A stretch of 64,000 nt of DNA from NCBI GenBank assembly GCA_964016885.1, contig OZ024742.1, positions 93,124,001-93,188,000 of the forward strand. Reading direction: 5' to 3'. Origin of the DNA: Eledone cirrhosa (lineage: Eukaryota). The stretch's first letter is position 1, and every line of letters begins with the position of its first letter. The notes under the pieces were generated by a model, which ran no database searches, was not told the DNA's origin, and was given only the letters and a program-made list of their open reading frames with translations. Positions 11,327 through 25,037 of the stretch are shown one piece after another. The translations under genes were made by a program, and so were the position numbers.

Positions 11327-13660
11327 ATCATCATCATCATCATCATCAACGTTTAACGTCCGTGTTCCACGCTTGCATGGGTTTGGATGGGGGTAGTCCC
11401 ACTTGAGGCAAGAGTGATTGTCTTGCTCGCATAGGACTGTCTGGCAGGTTTTCTACAGTTGGATGCCCTTCCTAACACCAACCACATTTACAGTGTGGGT
11501 CTGGGAGGTTTTTACCGTGTTGCCTACACGGCCACATTACAGCGTGGACTGTGTGTTTTTTTGTCGTGACACCTACACGATCTCATTTGTTTCAGCCTGG
11601 ATGGCGCGGCACCAACATAACTTTACATAGAATGGGGTGGTGTGGATGGGGTGGGGGTGGTGGGACGGGGTGTATTTTGTTAGAGATGCCTACTGGCTGG
11701 AGTAGGTTTTACTATATATTTAGGTAAGGCGGGTCTTCTCTGTTACTGAGTACCGCCAAAGGTTTCGGTCCAGTGACATTGTCTTGGAGAGGTGTAAGTG
11801 TGTGATGTCGGAGTTTATCAGCTCGTCCCAGGTTTTTCTAGGTCTGCCTATTCCGTGACTACCGTCTATCTTTATTGCCCTGCACTTTGTTATACAGCTA
11901 TCGACTTTCATGCGCATCACGTGTCCATACCAACGTAGCCTTCTCTCGAGTAAACAACATCTGATCCCTCTTATCTCTAATTTTTTCCTTAGTTCGTTTA
12001 TGCTTTGCCGTTCACGTATATTACTGTTACACATCCAGCGGAGCATGCAAGCTTCGTTCCTCTCTAGTCTGCGTATATCCTCTGCACACAATGCCCAGGT
12101 CTCACTGCCATGCAACATTGCTGTTCGTATGCAGGCATCGTACAACCTGCCTTTCATTTTTAGGGAGAACCCTTTAGCAGCTAATAGTGGTATAAGCTCT
12201 CTGAACTTTTTCCAACCAGTTCTGACTCTAGCTACAGTACTTTCAGAGCACCCTCCCCCACTGCTGATTTTATCGCCCAGGTAACGGAAGCTGTCCACTA
12301 TTTCTATAGAACCCTCTGCGCAATTGAAAGAGCTAGTATTTTGTGGGCACTTGCTGCTACTTATTGCACCAGAACACCGGCCACATGTAAAATCTATGTT
12401 CTTAGTTAGCTTACCTGTGATCCCACTACATCTTTTATGCACCCATACTTTGCATTTAGGACATAAAATGGAGTTTCTACCTACGCCTTTCCTACACACC
12501 GAGCACGACCATTTCCCAGAAGGGACCGCCGCCTTGTTTTCTTTCCTACAAACTAGAACTTTGGTCTTAGCCAGGTTAATTTTAAGTCCTTTTGACTCTA
12601 GGCCGTGCTTCCATGTTTGGAATTTCTTCTCTAGCTCGGCCATTGATTCCGCTATGAGTGTCAGGTCGTCTGCGTATAGGAGTTCCCATGGGCAGCCTGT
12701 CTTGAACTCCTCTGTTATAGCCTGAAGGGCAATAATAAATAGTAGGGGGCTGAGAACAGAGCCCTGATGGACGCCAACTTTTACGCTAAACTCTTCACTA
12801 TATTCGTTGTTAATTCTAACCTTGCTGACTGTTTCTTTATACATGGCTTGTATAGCCCTCACAAGCCATTCGTCAACGCCTAGTTTTCTAAGAGCCCACC
12901 AGATAATGGAGCGGGGGACTCTGTCGAAGGCTTTCTCCAAGTCGACAAAAGCTAAGTAGAGGGGTTTACCTTTAGCTAGGAACTTCTCCTGTAGTTGTCG
13001 TACTATGAAAAGAGCGTCTGTGGTACTTTTGCCTGACACAAACCCGAACTGCATTTCATCTAGGTCAATTCTCTCTCTGATTAGTTGCGCTATTACTTTT
13101 AACGTGACCTTCGTGACCTGGTCGATTAATTTAATGCCTCTATAGTTACTCCTATCTAGGGCGTCTCCTTTACCCTTATAACAGTTAACGATGATGCTGC
13201 TATGCCAGTCCTTCGGAACAACCCCATTCTGTACGACTTGGTTAACTATGCGAGTGACCATGGTGTGTCCCACCGTGCCAGATGCCTTCAGCATCTCAGC
13301 AACTATTTCCGAAGGCCCAGCCGCCTTACCCGTCTTCATATCCTTGATTGCCTTACTTATTATACTCCCCTCGACTAACACTGCTGGTCCCTCTATTGGG
13401 TCGATATGGGGGAGACTGTCTTTCTCCCATTTATTCTCCTCATTTAGTAGCCTTTCATAGTGACACTTCGAAGCTACCTTCTTATCAGTGTCGGTGATGG
13501 CAAGTATGCCATCATCGTTAAGTACACACTTCTCCCCGACAATATCACGGTTTTCCTTGACGCATTGCCTAGCAATCCTGAACACCTCACGTTTTTGCCC
13601 ATCGCGTTGTAGAACATGCTTGAACTTTCTTTCCTCAGCTTCCCTTCTTGCTAAGTACAC
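11327..13660 (-). mobile_element. RTE LINE (subfamily A), 5'-truncated, uninterrupted RT ORF 11720-13660
   Basis: 646-aa open frame with QFGF, QGSVLSP, YADD, the C4-H-C3 finger, YLG and GRPRKTW. (GAT)n tail; the 5' end abuts (TA)n. Confidence 0.95.
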
Positions 13661-13671
13661 ATATATATATA

Positions 13672-13746
<75 letters not shown>

Positions 13747-13840
13747 GGTGTGGGATGCTTAAAGCATCCATAAGCGGTAGGCCGTTTGAGCACAGACATA
13801 TTACAATCGTTTCTGTGGAAACTCTGCTTCATAGAATCAA

Positions 13841-13935
13841 GATGTATCTGACGACCTTGCGATTTCAGAGTCAGGTTCAATCATTACATCGATCGTGCCT
13901 CGAGCTGGGCGCCAGAGAAACGATTGTAATATGTC
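13841..13935 (+). ncRNA. Type I hammerhead ribozyme motif
   Basis: gatgtat CTGACGA [62 nt] GAAA CGATTG TA atatgtc. Helix I is 7 bp with two G-U pairs; helix III is near-palindromic; GUA cleavage triplet. Confidence 0.7.
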
Positions 13936-14080
13936 TAATAAATTTTATTTGTCGCAACACTAATTCTCCGTTTCTTATGTGATATATATATATTGTGTCG
14001 AGGAATGGTGAAACCCCTGTTAAAAAGTTACTCAATACGTTGGTAGAGAACAAGCATCTTTGTTATATATATATAGAAAA

Positions 14081-14132
14081 GATTTCTACAGGACTAGAAC
14101 TGTTTCATATGTATGAAATCATCAGGAATGTC
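14081..14132 (-). ncRNA. Weak hammerhead motif
   Basis: gacattc CTGATGA tttcatacatat GAAA CAGttctagtcCTG TA gaaatc. Core and helix III are present; helices I and II are poor. Confidence 0.4.
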
Positions 14133-15029
14133 AGATAGAGTTGTTCAGTTCTGGTTAGTTATAGGTGTCTCAGTTGGTAGTTGAGGAGAAACAAAATGGA
14201 GACGCCACTTAGGAGAGGAGGGAAGAGGGTGAAGATAGGGAAGGCGAAGAAGAAGGAGACAGAGAAAGAGAAGAAAAGATGGAAGAAGGAGAAGCAGGGA
14301 AAGAAGAGTGCTAGTGGTATATGAGAGGGGCGTGGTGAAGCCAGGTTTCTTTGAGTAGGTAGGAGGGATTCTGCAAGATGAATAAGTTGAGTTCACACAA
14401 CGAATTACATGTTCTTGTGTTTCTCCATATTATGCCTTTGTTGTAGTATTGAATTTAATAAATTATTAAAAACTGGGCACATGAAGAGTGCTTTACACCT
14501 TGGATATCTTTACCAAACCATTACTACATATATTTATATATTTATATATATATGTGTCTGTGTGTGTGTGTGTATGTATATATATATATATATATATATG
14601 TTTGTATACACACACACTCACACACATGGAGCAATATTTATTGTTTAGTCTATATGTACTTACTGATACATCATATATATATCTGTATATGTGTAGTCAT
14701 ATCTAAACCTACAAACATACCATATATACATGTATATGCGTAAATGAGACTACACATGCAAACATACATATATCATACATACAAGCATAGAAATCCATAT
14801 ATCCATTTAAATGTATTATTTTTCTAAGCAATCTTTCAGGCACTCTATTTTTGAGGTGAAGAAAATGCTAAGTTATGACACTTGTGCACTTCTCTGGGGT
14901 ATCATTGATGTAAGTGAATTGAAAATGACTTCAAATGTTCTTCACAACTTCCAATTGCTTTACCAAGAGTTTTCCTCCATAGGCTCCATAGGCTCCTTTT
15001 TTACATACATTTCTCCAATAAAGTGAAGA

Positions 15030-15360
15030 TCGTTTCCCATGAGAAGATAAGGAAGATAAAATGAATCACCAGTTTATTTGGAGAATTGAGTCATCACAGC
15101 TCTGATACTATGAGCATGTGGTTAGAATGTCTCAGGAAAGAATCACTGGACAGATTTTACAGGCAAAACCAACAGGCAGGAGACCCAGAGATGGACCCCG
15201 AGCAAGATGATTGGATAACATCCATGAGCTTGGCTGGTCTCGCTTCGGGATCCAGCCAGATCAGTTGGAGATGGTTGCTTCTGACAGGACTCACTGGAAG
15301 GAGTGTTTGAGAACATGGCTCCCACAGCCCTCTCAGGAATAAGTGGGCGACGAAGAAGAA
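15030..15360 (+). mobile_element. Old RTE (Expander/Rex3-like) 3' coding fragment
   Basis: Manual translation: RIESSQL*YYEHVVRMSQERITGQILQAKPTGRRPRDGPRAR*LDNI. Confidence 0.7.
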
Positions 15361-16699
15361 CCAGCTTTTTAGCCTCAACTGTTGGGATGGTAAATGTTGT
15401 TTGACTGGGGTAGATCACTTCTCTGGTAGCAGCCTTCTCATTTTGGCAACAAACCTGGTCACTGCCACCCACAATAGCAGTAGATGACAAAATATCAAGC
15501 ATTGACTGACCATTTAAGCCATTGACTGACCTCTTCAAGTATTGACTAGCCGTCATTAAGACATCTGATGTCTTTGATCCTTGGACTGCCTGTTTCCCCC
15601 TTCAAATCATGAGCTAGGCATCACACATGAGGAAAAAAACCCCAATCAGGTGGAATGACTGATGCAACAGATATTGCCATTTTGTCTGCAGGGTACAGCT
15701 GAGATATTCACTCTAGCTAAGAATGTAGAATTTCCTCTCTTCCTATTTCCCTCCTCATTTTTACTTATATGAAAAAAAAAAATTATTTCTTTTTGTCATT
15801 GTGATATCAAGAATAAATAAATATTGAATATACTTTTACTTTATATTTCATAATATTTTGGGTTTAAGAAACTTTTTGCAAAGAAAAATAAAATGGAATG
15901 TATGTTGGTGTCAAGTTGGTCTTCTCTGTGCAGATATTGGGTCAGAGGGGTTGTGACATTTACAGGCTGATCACAATAGGCAATCAGCTTCATGTTATTC
16001 ATATCTACTGTTAATGGAAGACAGTTAATGAATATTACTTTTTCATTCTTACTTTACTCCTCTTTCTCACTTGCATTGTATTGGCTTTTCTAGAATAATT
16101 TCAATCACGCACATATGCACACACACACACACACACACTCACATATATATGTGTGTGGGTGAGTGTATATATGAACATGCAGGTATATATGCTTATATAT
16201 ATGGATATATATGTGTGTATATATATATATGCATATATAAATATGTGTATATATATATATATATGTGTGCATGTTTGTGTGTTTCCACACACATATATTT
16301 ACCTTTTTCTCCTCATTTTGATCATGTTTTCTCATCATGTATTAATAGTTGCTTCAAATATATTTTCCCAATCATATTATAGTCTGTCTATTTGTCTGAC
16401 TGGCCCTTAGACTACATTCATGTGTATCTCTCTAACTGATCACTCATCTAATTATACTGATTTACAATTCTCTAATTCCTTATTCATCTACTTAACTGCC
16501 AATCAAGTGTCATGTGAGCTTTTCTTAATTCTCTCTCACCTCATCGAAGGTAAAAAAAAAAAAACATATATTTTCTCTAACTTCAGTAAAGATAAATAGG
16601 AATATCCATAATTAAAAAGAAAAATAGGAAGAATTGTGTGTACGTGTGTGTGTATGAGAGGGAGAGGGAGAGAGAAACAGAGCAACACAGAAGGATTAA

Positions 16700-17620
16700 A
16701 GAATGAAGACAAGACTCTGATATCATCCAGGAAATTGCCTTGCTTGATATGCTGAAAATGGTGTGGTGGAAATTTCATAACGTGTAAACAGTGTAATCTA
16801 TAGACACAGAAGAGATTAACAGGCAAATTGATAGAGAAGATAGACTTTGTATGCTGCAGATGTAAAGGAGAAATAAACACTAAGAGCACAGACAAAATAG
16901 ATTTCCTTAAGTTCTTAGTAGACTCCCTAAAAGTTGTGACGACTTTTGTTTCTTATGTGACCGAATCCGCAATGGGATACGTTGCTCTAAAATTGTTAAA
17001 GCTTAATTAAGAAAGGGTTCAAAGAAGTTGTGGGGTCTAATACTATAACTAACAAATAAGAGCTTCTCTCTCACAGTAAAGGGTAGACTGTATGCCAACA
17101 TGCAAACTGCAATGCTACATGGCAGTGAGACATTGGCCTTGACAGCAGAAGATCTATGAGGACTAGAATGAAATGAGGTTAATATGCTCTGGGGGATGCA
17201 TTATGTTAGAGTGCATGAAACATGAAGGTGACAGAGAAAAACTAGGCATAAGAGGAATCAGATGTAGAAGCCTGCATTGGTTTGGACATTTGAAGTGTAT
17301 GGAAGATGTATAAAGAAGTGCAGAGAAAACTCATGGAAGAGGTAGACATTACAAGACATGGGATAAAGTAGTAAAGACTGTTCTTTAGCAGCTGAACCTC
17401 ATGACAGATGACAAAATACTGTGAGATGTGGCAACATGTTGTACTGGTAAAGGCCCGTTTTCCAGAATACAATGTTACCTGAACCATCACTGTGCCCATC
17501 TCTCCATAGTAACTATCCTTACCTTCATTATACATCCACTACACCTTCATTCTATACACACTAATACACTCTGTAAAGTTGTTAGTATTAGGAAGGGCTT
17601 CCAACCATAGAAACAATGCT
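16700..17620 (+). mobile_element. Heavily decayed RTE 3' region
   Basis: Remnants of the zinc finger (DFVCCRC), the gcaatgctacatggcagtgagac (AMLHGSET) motif and the UTR motif ggaagggc. Confidence 0.8.
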
Positions 17621-18872
17621 AAAAATGGTTGAGGATCTTCCAGTTACAACACAACAACCTATCTAGTGCCCCCCCCCCCCCCAATGAACCCAGTACACCC
17701 TATCAGGTGATTGGTGATATGAAAGACACCCTGCTGTAGAAACCATGCCAAAAAGGTGTTGGGAGGACTATTTAGTTGTATTAAGTGCATGACAACTGCC
17801 CTAATATTGATGATCTACACGATAAATACACCCAGTACACCCTGTAAAGTGGTTGGTGATAGGAAGGGCATTCAAACAAAAGGTCAGGAGACCTCTTTAA
17901 CTGTGTCAAAGACATGACAACCTCCCTGCTGTTAATGCCACAATAAAATACACTGTAGTGTGTGAGAACATGTAAGTGAGAAGTGGACCCTTTGTCTGTC
18001 TGAGTGGTCAGAAGCTCCAATTAAGTACTGACTTGGTCTTTGATGATGAAGTCAACTCTTGCCAGTAGGGAAAACATGGTAAATGATGATGATAATGATC
18101 AGAATGAGAGAACTTGCAGATACATTGCCACTGTATGACTAATTCCTTGTGATAAGAAGGTGGTATAAGGTTTTTTTTTTTTGGTCTTATTGCTGGTACC
18201 ACGAAAAAACTCCCAATACACACTGTAAGGTAGTTGGCATTAGGAAGGTCTAGTAACCATAGAAAATCAAGCCTAAAATAGAGTGTATGAGCAAGAAATG
18301 GTCTCTGGACCTGTTTGGCTTCATAATATGACAGCCTGTCTAACTCATGCAAGCATAGAAAATAGATGTTAAATGGTAACAAAGAGGATATATATGTATA
18401 CATATTTTACTCCTAGTAATAATTCTAGTTGAGTGCTTATTTAAAGATGTGAGTGAATTTATCCATAACTTCCCACCTCTTCTATATAACAAACAAGGTA
18501 TAGTGACTTGATATTTAAGTTGCTGTAACAGACACATATTTACACAGTTACTACTACTATCCTGTGAAGTCCTGGGCAGAAAACAAACTCATATATACAT
18601 AGTTACTACTAGTGGTCTGTTAAATTCTTGGACAGAAAGCAGACACATAAACATAGCTACTACTAGCTGAAGTACCTGGAAAGTTATCTTGAATATCCTG
18701 TGTTGTTAATGGACCAGTTTACTGATGACTCATGGCCAAATCTAAGGTTACTGTGTTACTGTTGGAATATGCACTTATTTATCTAACTGTAACTAATAGT
18801 TTTGCATCATTGAAACCACATGGTCTGGGTATATGTATCAATATTTTAAATATTCTTTTATTAATTGATTCA

Positions 18873-19075
18873 TTAACATTTTAGCATTTACATTACTATA
18901 TATACACTATTGTATCTTACATAATTATCTCACATAATATTGAATCTACCAGATTTTGATATTATTTATTTTGAGAACAATACCTTAACGTCGGTGGCTA
19001 CTTACAGCCAGTTTGAACAGAAAGAGGTGAGAGAATTCTGGCCGGATATGGCTGGTTTAAATGCTAAAGAGTTAG
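18873..19075 (-). mobile_element. piggyBac-type MITE, decayed
   Basis: Reverse-oriented homologue of 31326-31525, with TTAA at the left end. Confidence 0.65.
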
Positions 19076-19319
19076 TTGGTTGATATTAATTTTATTAATT
19101 TTGTTGATGACCCCAATCACCCTGTTCAATTATTGCCATCTCACTACTAAATCTGAATGAGTATGCTCTGACTGTGGAATATATTTCAGTTATTATTGAG
19201 CAAGTTAGTGAGTGTAATAGTGTTGGACTGCATGGGTGCACGAAGCATTAAATGGTAGTATGATTTTGTAAAACCTCTTTGGATTTTGATCTTCATAATT
19301 ATTATCACTATTTATATAC

Positions 19320-19762
19320 CTCTCTAAAACAATGTCACTAGACCGAGATCTTTGGTGCTACACAGTAATACAGAAAACCCGCCTTGCCTAAGTACAAAGC
19401 GAAACCTACCTTAATCAAATATACACCCCAATCCCACTACCCCAACACACCCACCCTGCCCCCATCAACACCACCCCTTTCTCTGTAAAGTTGTTGGTAC
19501 CACAACATCCAGTCCTAAATAAATGAGGTCGTGCAGGTGTCACGACAAAAAAACACACAGTCCACGCTGTAATGTGGCCGTGTAGGTGACACGGTAAAAA
19601 CCTCCCACGTGGTTGGTGTTAGGAAGGGCATCCAGCCATATAAAATCTGCCAGACAGTCCTATACGAGCGAGACAAACAATCTTGCCTCAAGCAATCCTG
19701 CCCCTTCTAAACCCATGCTAGCATGGAAGATAGACATTAAACGATGATGATGATGATGATGT
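19320..19762 (+). mobile_element. RTE-A 3' end
   Basis: Matches the reverse complement of about 2481-2910 and ends in (GAT)n. Confidence 0.9.
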
Positions 19763-22700
19763 GTGTGTGTGTATAAGATTTCTAGGTAAAAATATATAGT
19801 CACTCCCAGGTTCGTGAAGATGTCTGTAGACATATTAGGGCAGACCATTTCATTTGAGAAACAATATTAATGTTAGATTCTTATTTTAACTATATTACCA
19901 GCACAGCTTATTCCTCACTTGCCTTATCTTCAATCTTCATCTCAATAAAGGATTTCAAGAACCTACTTTAATCATTTTTGGCAGCTTTCACATTCCATAG
20001 TTTTCTAGTTTCATCCTTCAGTATACAACAATAAGAAGTAAAAACTCTGCTTCCTTGCAGCTAAAGGTTTAAAGCAAAAGAGTTTTACAATCTGCTACAC
20101 AATAAAAAGAGGAAATTACACCTATAATTTTGGTCGTTGAAAATGATTTGAAAAAGCAAAGAGCTGATGCCAAAATGCAGCCAAGATTTCCCCCTTGAAC
20201 AAAAGACACAGTGACATTATGGAAAGATCAAAAGAGAGAAGAATGGTTCTCTGTTTAATGACTAATTTCCTGCCTCAAGGTGGTTTATCTTCATAATCAC
20301 TCAAATATTGGTTGGTAATATAAAAATGTTAAAAACACACACATGCACACACATATACACATATAGCTAGATGTGCAGTCTATCACATACACATCCATTC
20401 ACTATGACAATACATATGTATACACACATGTATTTTCTTATAATCAGTTACAGAGTTACATGCATCTCAAAAAAGACTAATGCGCACATTTATGTGCTCT
20501 TAAATATTCATATATTGGGAAATGTAGACATGCATACACTTGTGTATATATATGTGTGTCATCATCATTATCATCATCTTCATTTAACGTCCATCTTCCA
20601 TGCTAGCATGGGTTAGTATGTATGTATATATGTACGTATGTATGCATATATGCATGTATGTATGTGCGTGTGTGTACACACACATTTATATGTATACATT
20701 CAAAGAAGTATAGTAGTGTATATAGATATACAATTTTTAGCTATCACCACATTTACACATACATGTACATGAAATTGACAGATTGGTAGAATCATTAGAG
20801 TATTGGATAGAATGTTTTGTCATATTCATTCTGGGTTTCTGTGCTTTGAGTTCAAATCCCAGTCAGCTCACCTTCACCTTTCATCCTGTGGGGTGTTATT
20901 AAATAATTTACCAGTGAAGTATTGAAGTAAACATAGTTTTTTTTCATAGGATGAGATGGAATCTCTCCCATCATCCGCTTCCATATTTTTAATGTTACCA
21001 ATCATTTTATTAGAGTATTCCATATTTTCCCATGAATGAGCTAGAAAACATGGGAACTCAGTATTCTGTATTTCTTCTGTTCATTGTGACTCTGTCACAG
21101 TGTGAATATTTCTTTTCAGTGGTTTTGTACTTATTAAATGTGTATGCATGTATGTGTGTATATAGTGGGCAACAGTAACAGCACAAACTATCCCACCCTG
21201 CCTCTCCAATGTGCAGAACACCAGAAGCAGTCTTTACTTATTCAATTAAACATTAGGAGGTTTTTGCTGGTTGAATATTAGATTTCTTGTTTTGCTAAGG
21301 AGAACATCAGGGGATTATGTCATTTTATTTTATTTCTTTTTTTTTAGTAAGATGGTAAACATAGGACACCCCAATAAGATGACTGGTACTGAAATAAAGG
21401 AAACCGACGATGGAAGAAATTTTATCACACCTCAAAAGATTTTGAAAACTTGCTCTACTTTCTTCTCTTCTTTCTATCTCTTTCTTACTATGACATTTGA
21501 TGGAAAAAATTATATAGCATTATCCCACTGTTCAAGATCACTATCACATACCATTTTCTTTTTTTGAAAAAGGTGTAATAAACCTGAAATATCATAAAAT
21601 ATAAAATAAGAGAGTAAAGTATTGTTTTTACTTTGTTTTTTTGCATTGTACCAGATTTCCCCAAACAATCATAAGCATGTTTCATAATGCTTCATGTAAA
21701 CAATACAAATTTTTATCAAATTAAAAGAAAATAATTTTGGTTTTGAGAAAACATGATGCTTTAAGATACTAATATAAATAAAAGAAAACAAAATAAACCT
21801 CTCACCTCTCATTTGTAAAACAAGAAATCTGATATAAACTAGCAGAAATGGCTATGTTTAATTTTTTTCTCTAAATCCACTATTCTGTACTGTTTTGTTG
21901 CAGCTCTGTCAAGTGTTCTTGTTTCTTAGTAGATGCTGGAGATCCTTATACCAAATGTAGCTGAGTAGTGTGTGTTTGTTTACATGTGAGTTTGTTTATG
22001 TGTGTATGTGCAGAAAGGTAATTTTGGTTTTTGTTGCTCTAAATACACCTTTCATTTCTGTTTATATTTACACATGTTAAAATTTAAAATATCTTAGAAA
22101 TTAACTGTTTTCATGTTTATAGTTACAGTGAGGTAGCTCTGAGTTCTTTAGATGTACTAATTAGGTATTTTCTTATTATCTTATTCATGTACAACTTACT
22201 TTTCAAACTTTTGAGCTTGATAAATAAATTACCAGTTCAGTATTGAAGTTGATTCTTTCTTAATATCCCCATTTATCACTTACTCTTTCCCTATCTTTCT
22301 CTGGAAGAAATCAGCTATGTTCAGACAGGGAGAAGGATGGGCTGTATCAGTTTTAAAATGCCCAAGAGACACTATGTTTCCACATGGCACCCCTTTGATT
22401 CATCAGGAGTCAAGGACTGTTAATTTTTTTCATTATATAGATAGAAATAACTTGACTGTAGAAACCTATATCTAAGGCAGGGATCTACAAATTTTTTAGA
22501 TCAATAACACCTTCATGAAATTTTTGAGTCCTCATCAAGCATGTCTAAAAAATAAATATATTAGTAAGTAAAGAGAATATAAAATAAACAATAAAAATTA
22601 ATTATGCATAAATCAAAAACATATACATTTAAATTGTATTTTATTGCATAATTTTCACTTATCTTTATTTTTTATATAGTTGTCAGTTTTTAGCCCATAA

Positions 22701-23219
22701 GTTCAGTAAACCCCTTGAGTAGCCTCATTGATCTCTTTGGGTTTCCATGATTTAGGGTGTTAAATCTAGATGTAAGCTTATCTAGAATGAATAATCCAGT
22801 CAGATTACACACACATACATAATAATCATATATATATATTTATATATAGTTGAACAAATGAAACAAAACAAACAAGGGGATGCAAAAATACAAAGTATTA
22901 TTAGTATCACACTTAGGAGGAAGTGAAGGAGTGTTTTGTGCTTCAGATGGAAGTCCTTCATTAAGAAATGGAGAGTTTGTATAGCGAGAGAACAGGTAGG
23001 TACATGAAAGTTTGGAAAAGGTTGTTAAGAAGGTTGGGGGTGGTAGCCAAATATATATATATAATGATATATATATATATGACGATGATATGTATAGGCA
23101 TGTATATATATATATCATCATTATCATCATCATCATCATTTTACGCCCGCTTTTCCCTGCTCCCACCCTTGCAAGCAGGAAAAAGCGGACGTAAAATGAT
23201 GATGATGATATATATATAT

Positions 23220-24100
23220 ATTGGAAATGATCAAGAATTTGGAGGAATTTAATAAAGTAACTAAAACTTTTCTATAATGTGAAGATACACGTGAAATTTG
23301 AGGTTGAACACCCAGACACCACTGGATTCCTCTCTCTACTCGACTTACACTAAGTGTCACAGATGAAGGATTTATATACACCAAATTTTACAAGAAGGAT
23401 GCCTGCAGAGACGTTATTATGCAACATGATTCCGCCCTTACCCACAGAGTAAAAATGGCCGATATATGGATTGAGGTCTCCCGGATATTCAACAGATGCA
23501 GTGAGAGTAGTGACAGACATACTAGCATGGAGGAGGAATTCCAGAGTGTTTTCACCGAAAAGGGCTATCCTACTTCTCTCACTAAATACTGAAATGCCAA
23601 GGCAGCAACATTTGAAAGAAGGAGGACATGCGTCCCTAGAGATAAGATATGCTACCTAAAGCTACCACATTTCAATGAGAAGACATCAATCAGACAAGCC
23701 TTTCATAGATAGGGACTGAATATACAGCTGGGACACTCGGGACCCTCAATGAGGTGACTGCTCCACAGACACCAACCCACATAACGATATATGCACACTT
23801 CCTAAAATGTCCTATCAACAATGCAGAAGTGTGCATGAGAGCGAATGCAGTCTATAATGTCACTGCACATATGGATCAAGGCACACATTATGATGATAGT
23901 TTCTTCTGTTAAAAAACATCTTGACAAATGCTGCAGTCAAGACAATGAGATCACCATAGAGGTGATGAAAAGAATATTGGCAATTCCAGAATAATAAAGG
24001 CCATTATCATCAACTGAAAAAACTACAGATAAATATTAGATTGGAAATGCATGAAGCAGACTGGTTACTTTAATGACTTCACACATGCATATTTCAGACA
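23220..24100 (+). mobile_element. Decayed Penelope-like element coding fragment
   Basis: Manual translation GFIYTKFYKKDACRDVIMQHDSA resembles the PLE RT thumb region. There are many stops and frameshifts. Confidence 0.5.
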
Positions 24101-24568
24101 CATAGGCCAGTTAATAAAGAACACATTGATCATTTGTTTTGTTTTGAACTGTTTCAGCTCCACATTTGAAAAAGTGCATTAGTCCTCTAATATTATGTTG
24201 AAATATACTGGGTAACACGATTACTTTCTTTAGTTTTATTTGTCATTGTTTGCCCTTCATATTTTTCTACTGCATTGTACTGGCTTTTTAAAATTTATTG
24301 GTCTTTTAAAAGTTTTCTTCTTTTTTAGCTGATGTTTGGAATATATATTAACAAAGGCTTTTACGTAAAAATTATGATGGAAGGCATATAGATAAATAAA
24401 GACACTTTAATATGAAAAGGCTTAAATCATAGATACCGGGTAGTTTCAGGTGGGTTAAGATTGGTGTGATATGAGGGAAATTTAAGTGTTATTTCTAACA
24501 GCTGGACTGATCACATAAATTCTTAGCATGTGTGTGTATGTGTATAGGAGCGAGGTGATAGGGTTTTG

Positions 24569-25037
24569 ACTGTAAAGTGGTTATTTTGGTGCCATGATAA
24601 AATGTGCCCAGTCCACACTGCAAAGTGATCACTTGGGAGTCACAATAAAAAGTGCCCAGTCCATAGTATAAAGTGGTCATTTTGGTACCATGATATAAAG
24701 TACCCAGTCCACACTGTAAATTGGTCATTTTGGTCCTACAATAAAAATTGCCCAGTTCACACTGTAAAGTGGTCATTTCAAGGCCACAATAAAAAGTGCC
24801 CTGTCCACTCTGCAAAGTGGCCATTTAGTGCCATGATATAAACACCCAGTCCACACTGTAAATATGTTTGACTTGTTGGCATTAGGAACATCATCCAGCT
24901 ATAGAAACCAAACGAGAAATGGTTCTGAGTGAGCAAGACATGGTCATCTGATCTGACTTATCTCACAATGGCACAACCTATCTAACCCATGCTATCACAG
25001 AAAATGGACGTTAAACAGTGATGATGATGATGATGAT
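24569..25037 (+). repeat. About 6.5 diverged 48-bp units fused to an RTE-type 3' tail
   Basis: Unit aaaagtgcccagtccacactgtaaagtggtcattttggtgccatgata, followed by ttaggaacatcatccagc..ggacgttaaac..(GAT)n. Confidence 0.85.

Noticed and set aside
14409-16410. Many short Y/I/C/V/H/T-rich ORFs (also at 5.1, 25.4, 38.5, 44.0 and 63 kb)
   Set aside because: They are translations of (TA)n and (CA)n microsatellites.
22362-22412. CTGATGA..GAAACATAGTGTC on the minus strand
   Set aside because: There is no helix I or II, and the related repeat copies near 40.6 kb and 41.5 kb do not conserve it.
22930-22972. Degenerate minimal hammerhead (TTAATGA..GAAG, minus)
   Set aside because: Too many core substitutions to call, though it may be a relic.
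24569-24862. CRISPR-like regular repeat
   Set aside because: There are no unique spacers and no cas genes, and the unit derives from the RTE UTR in a eukaryotic context.
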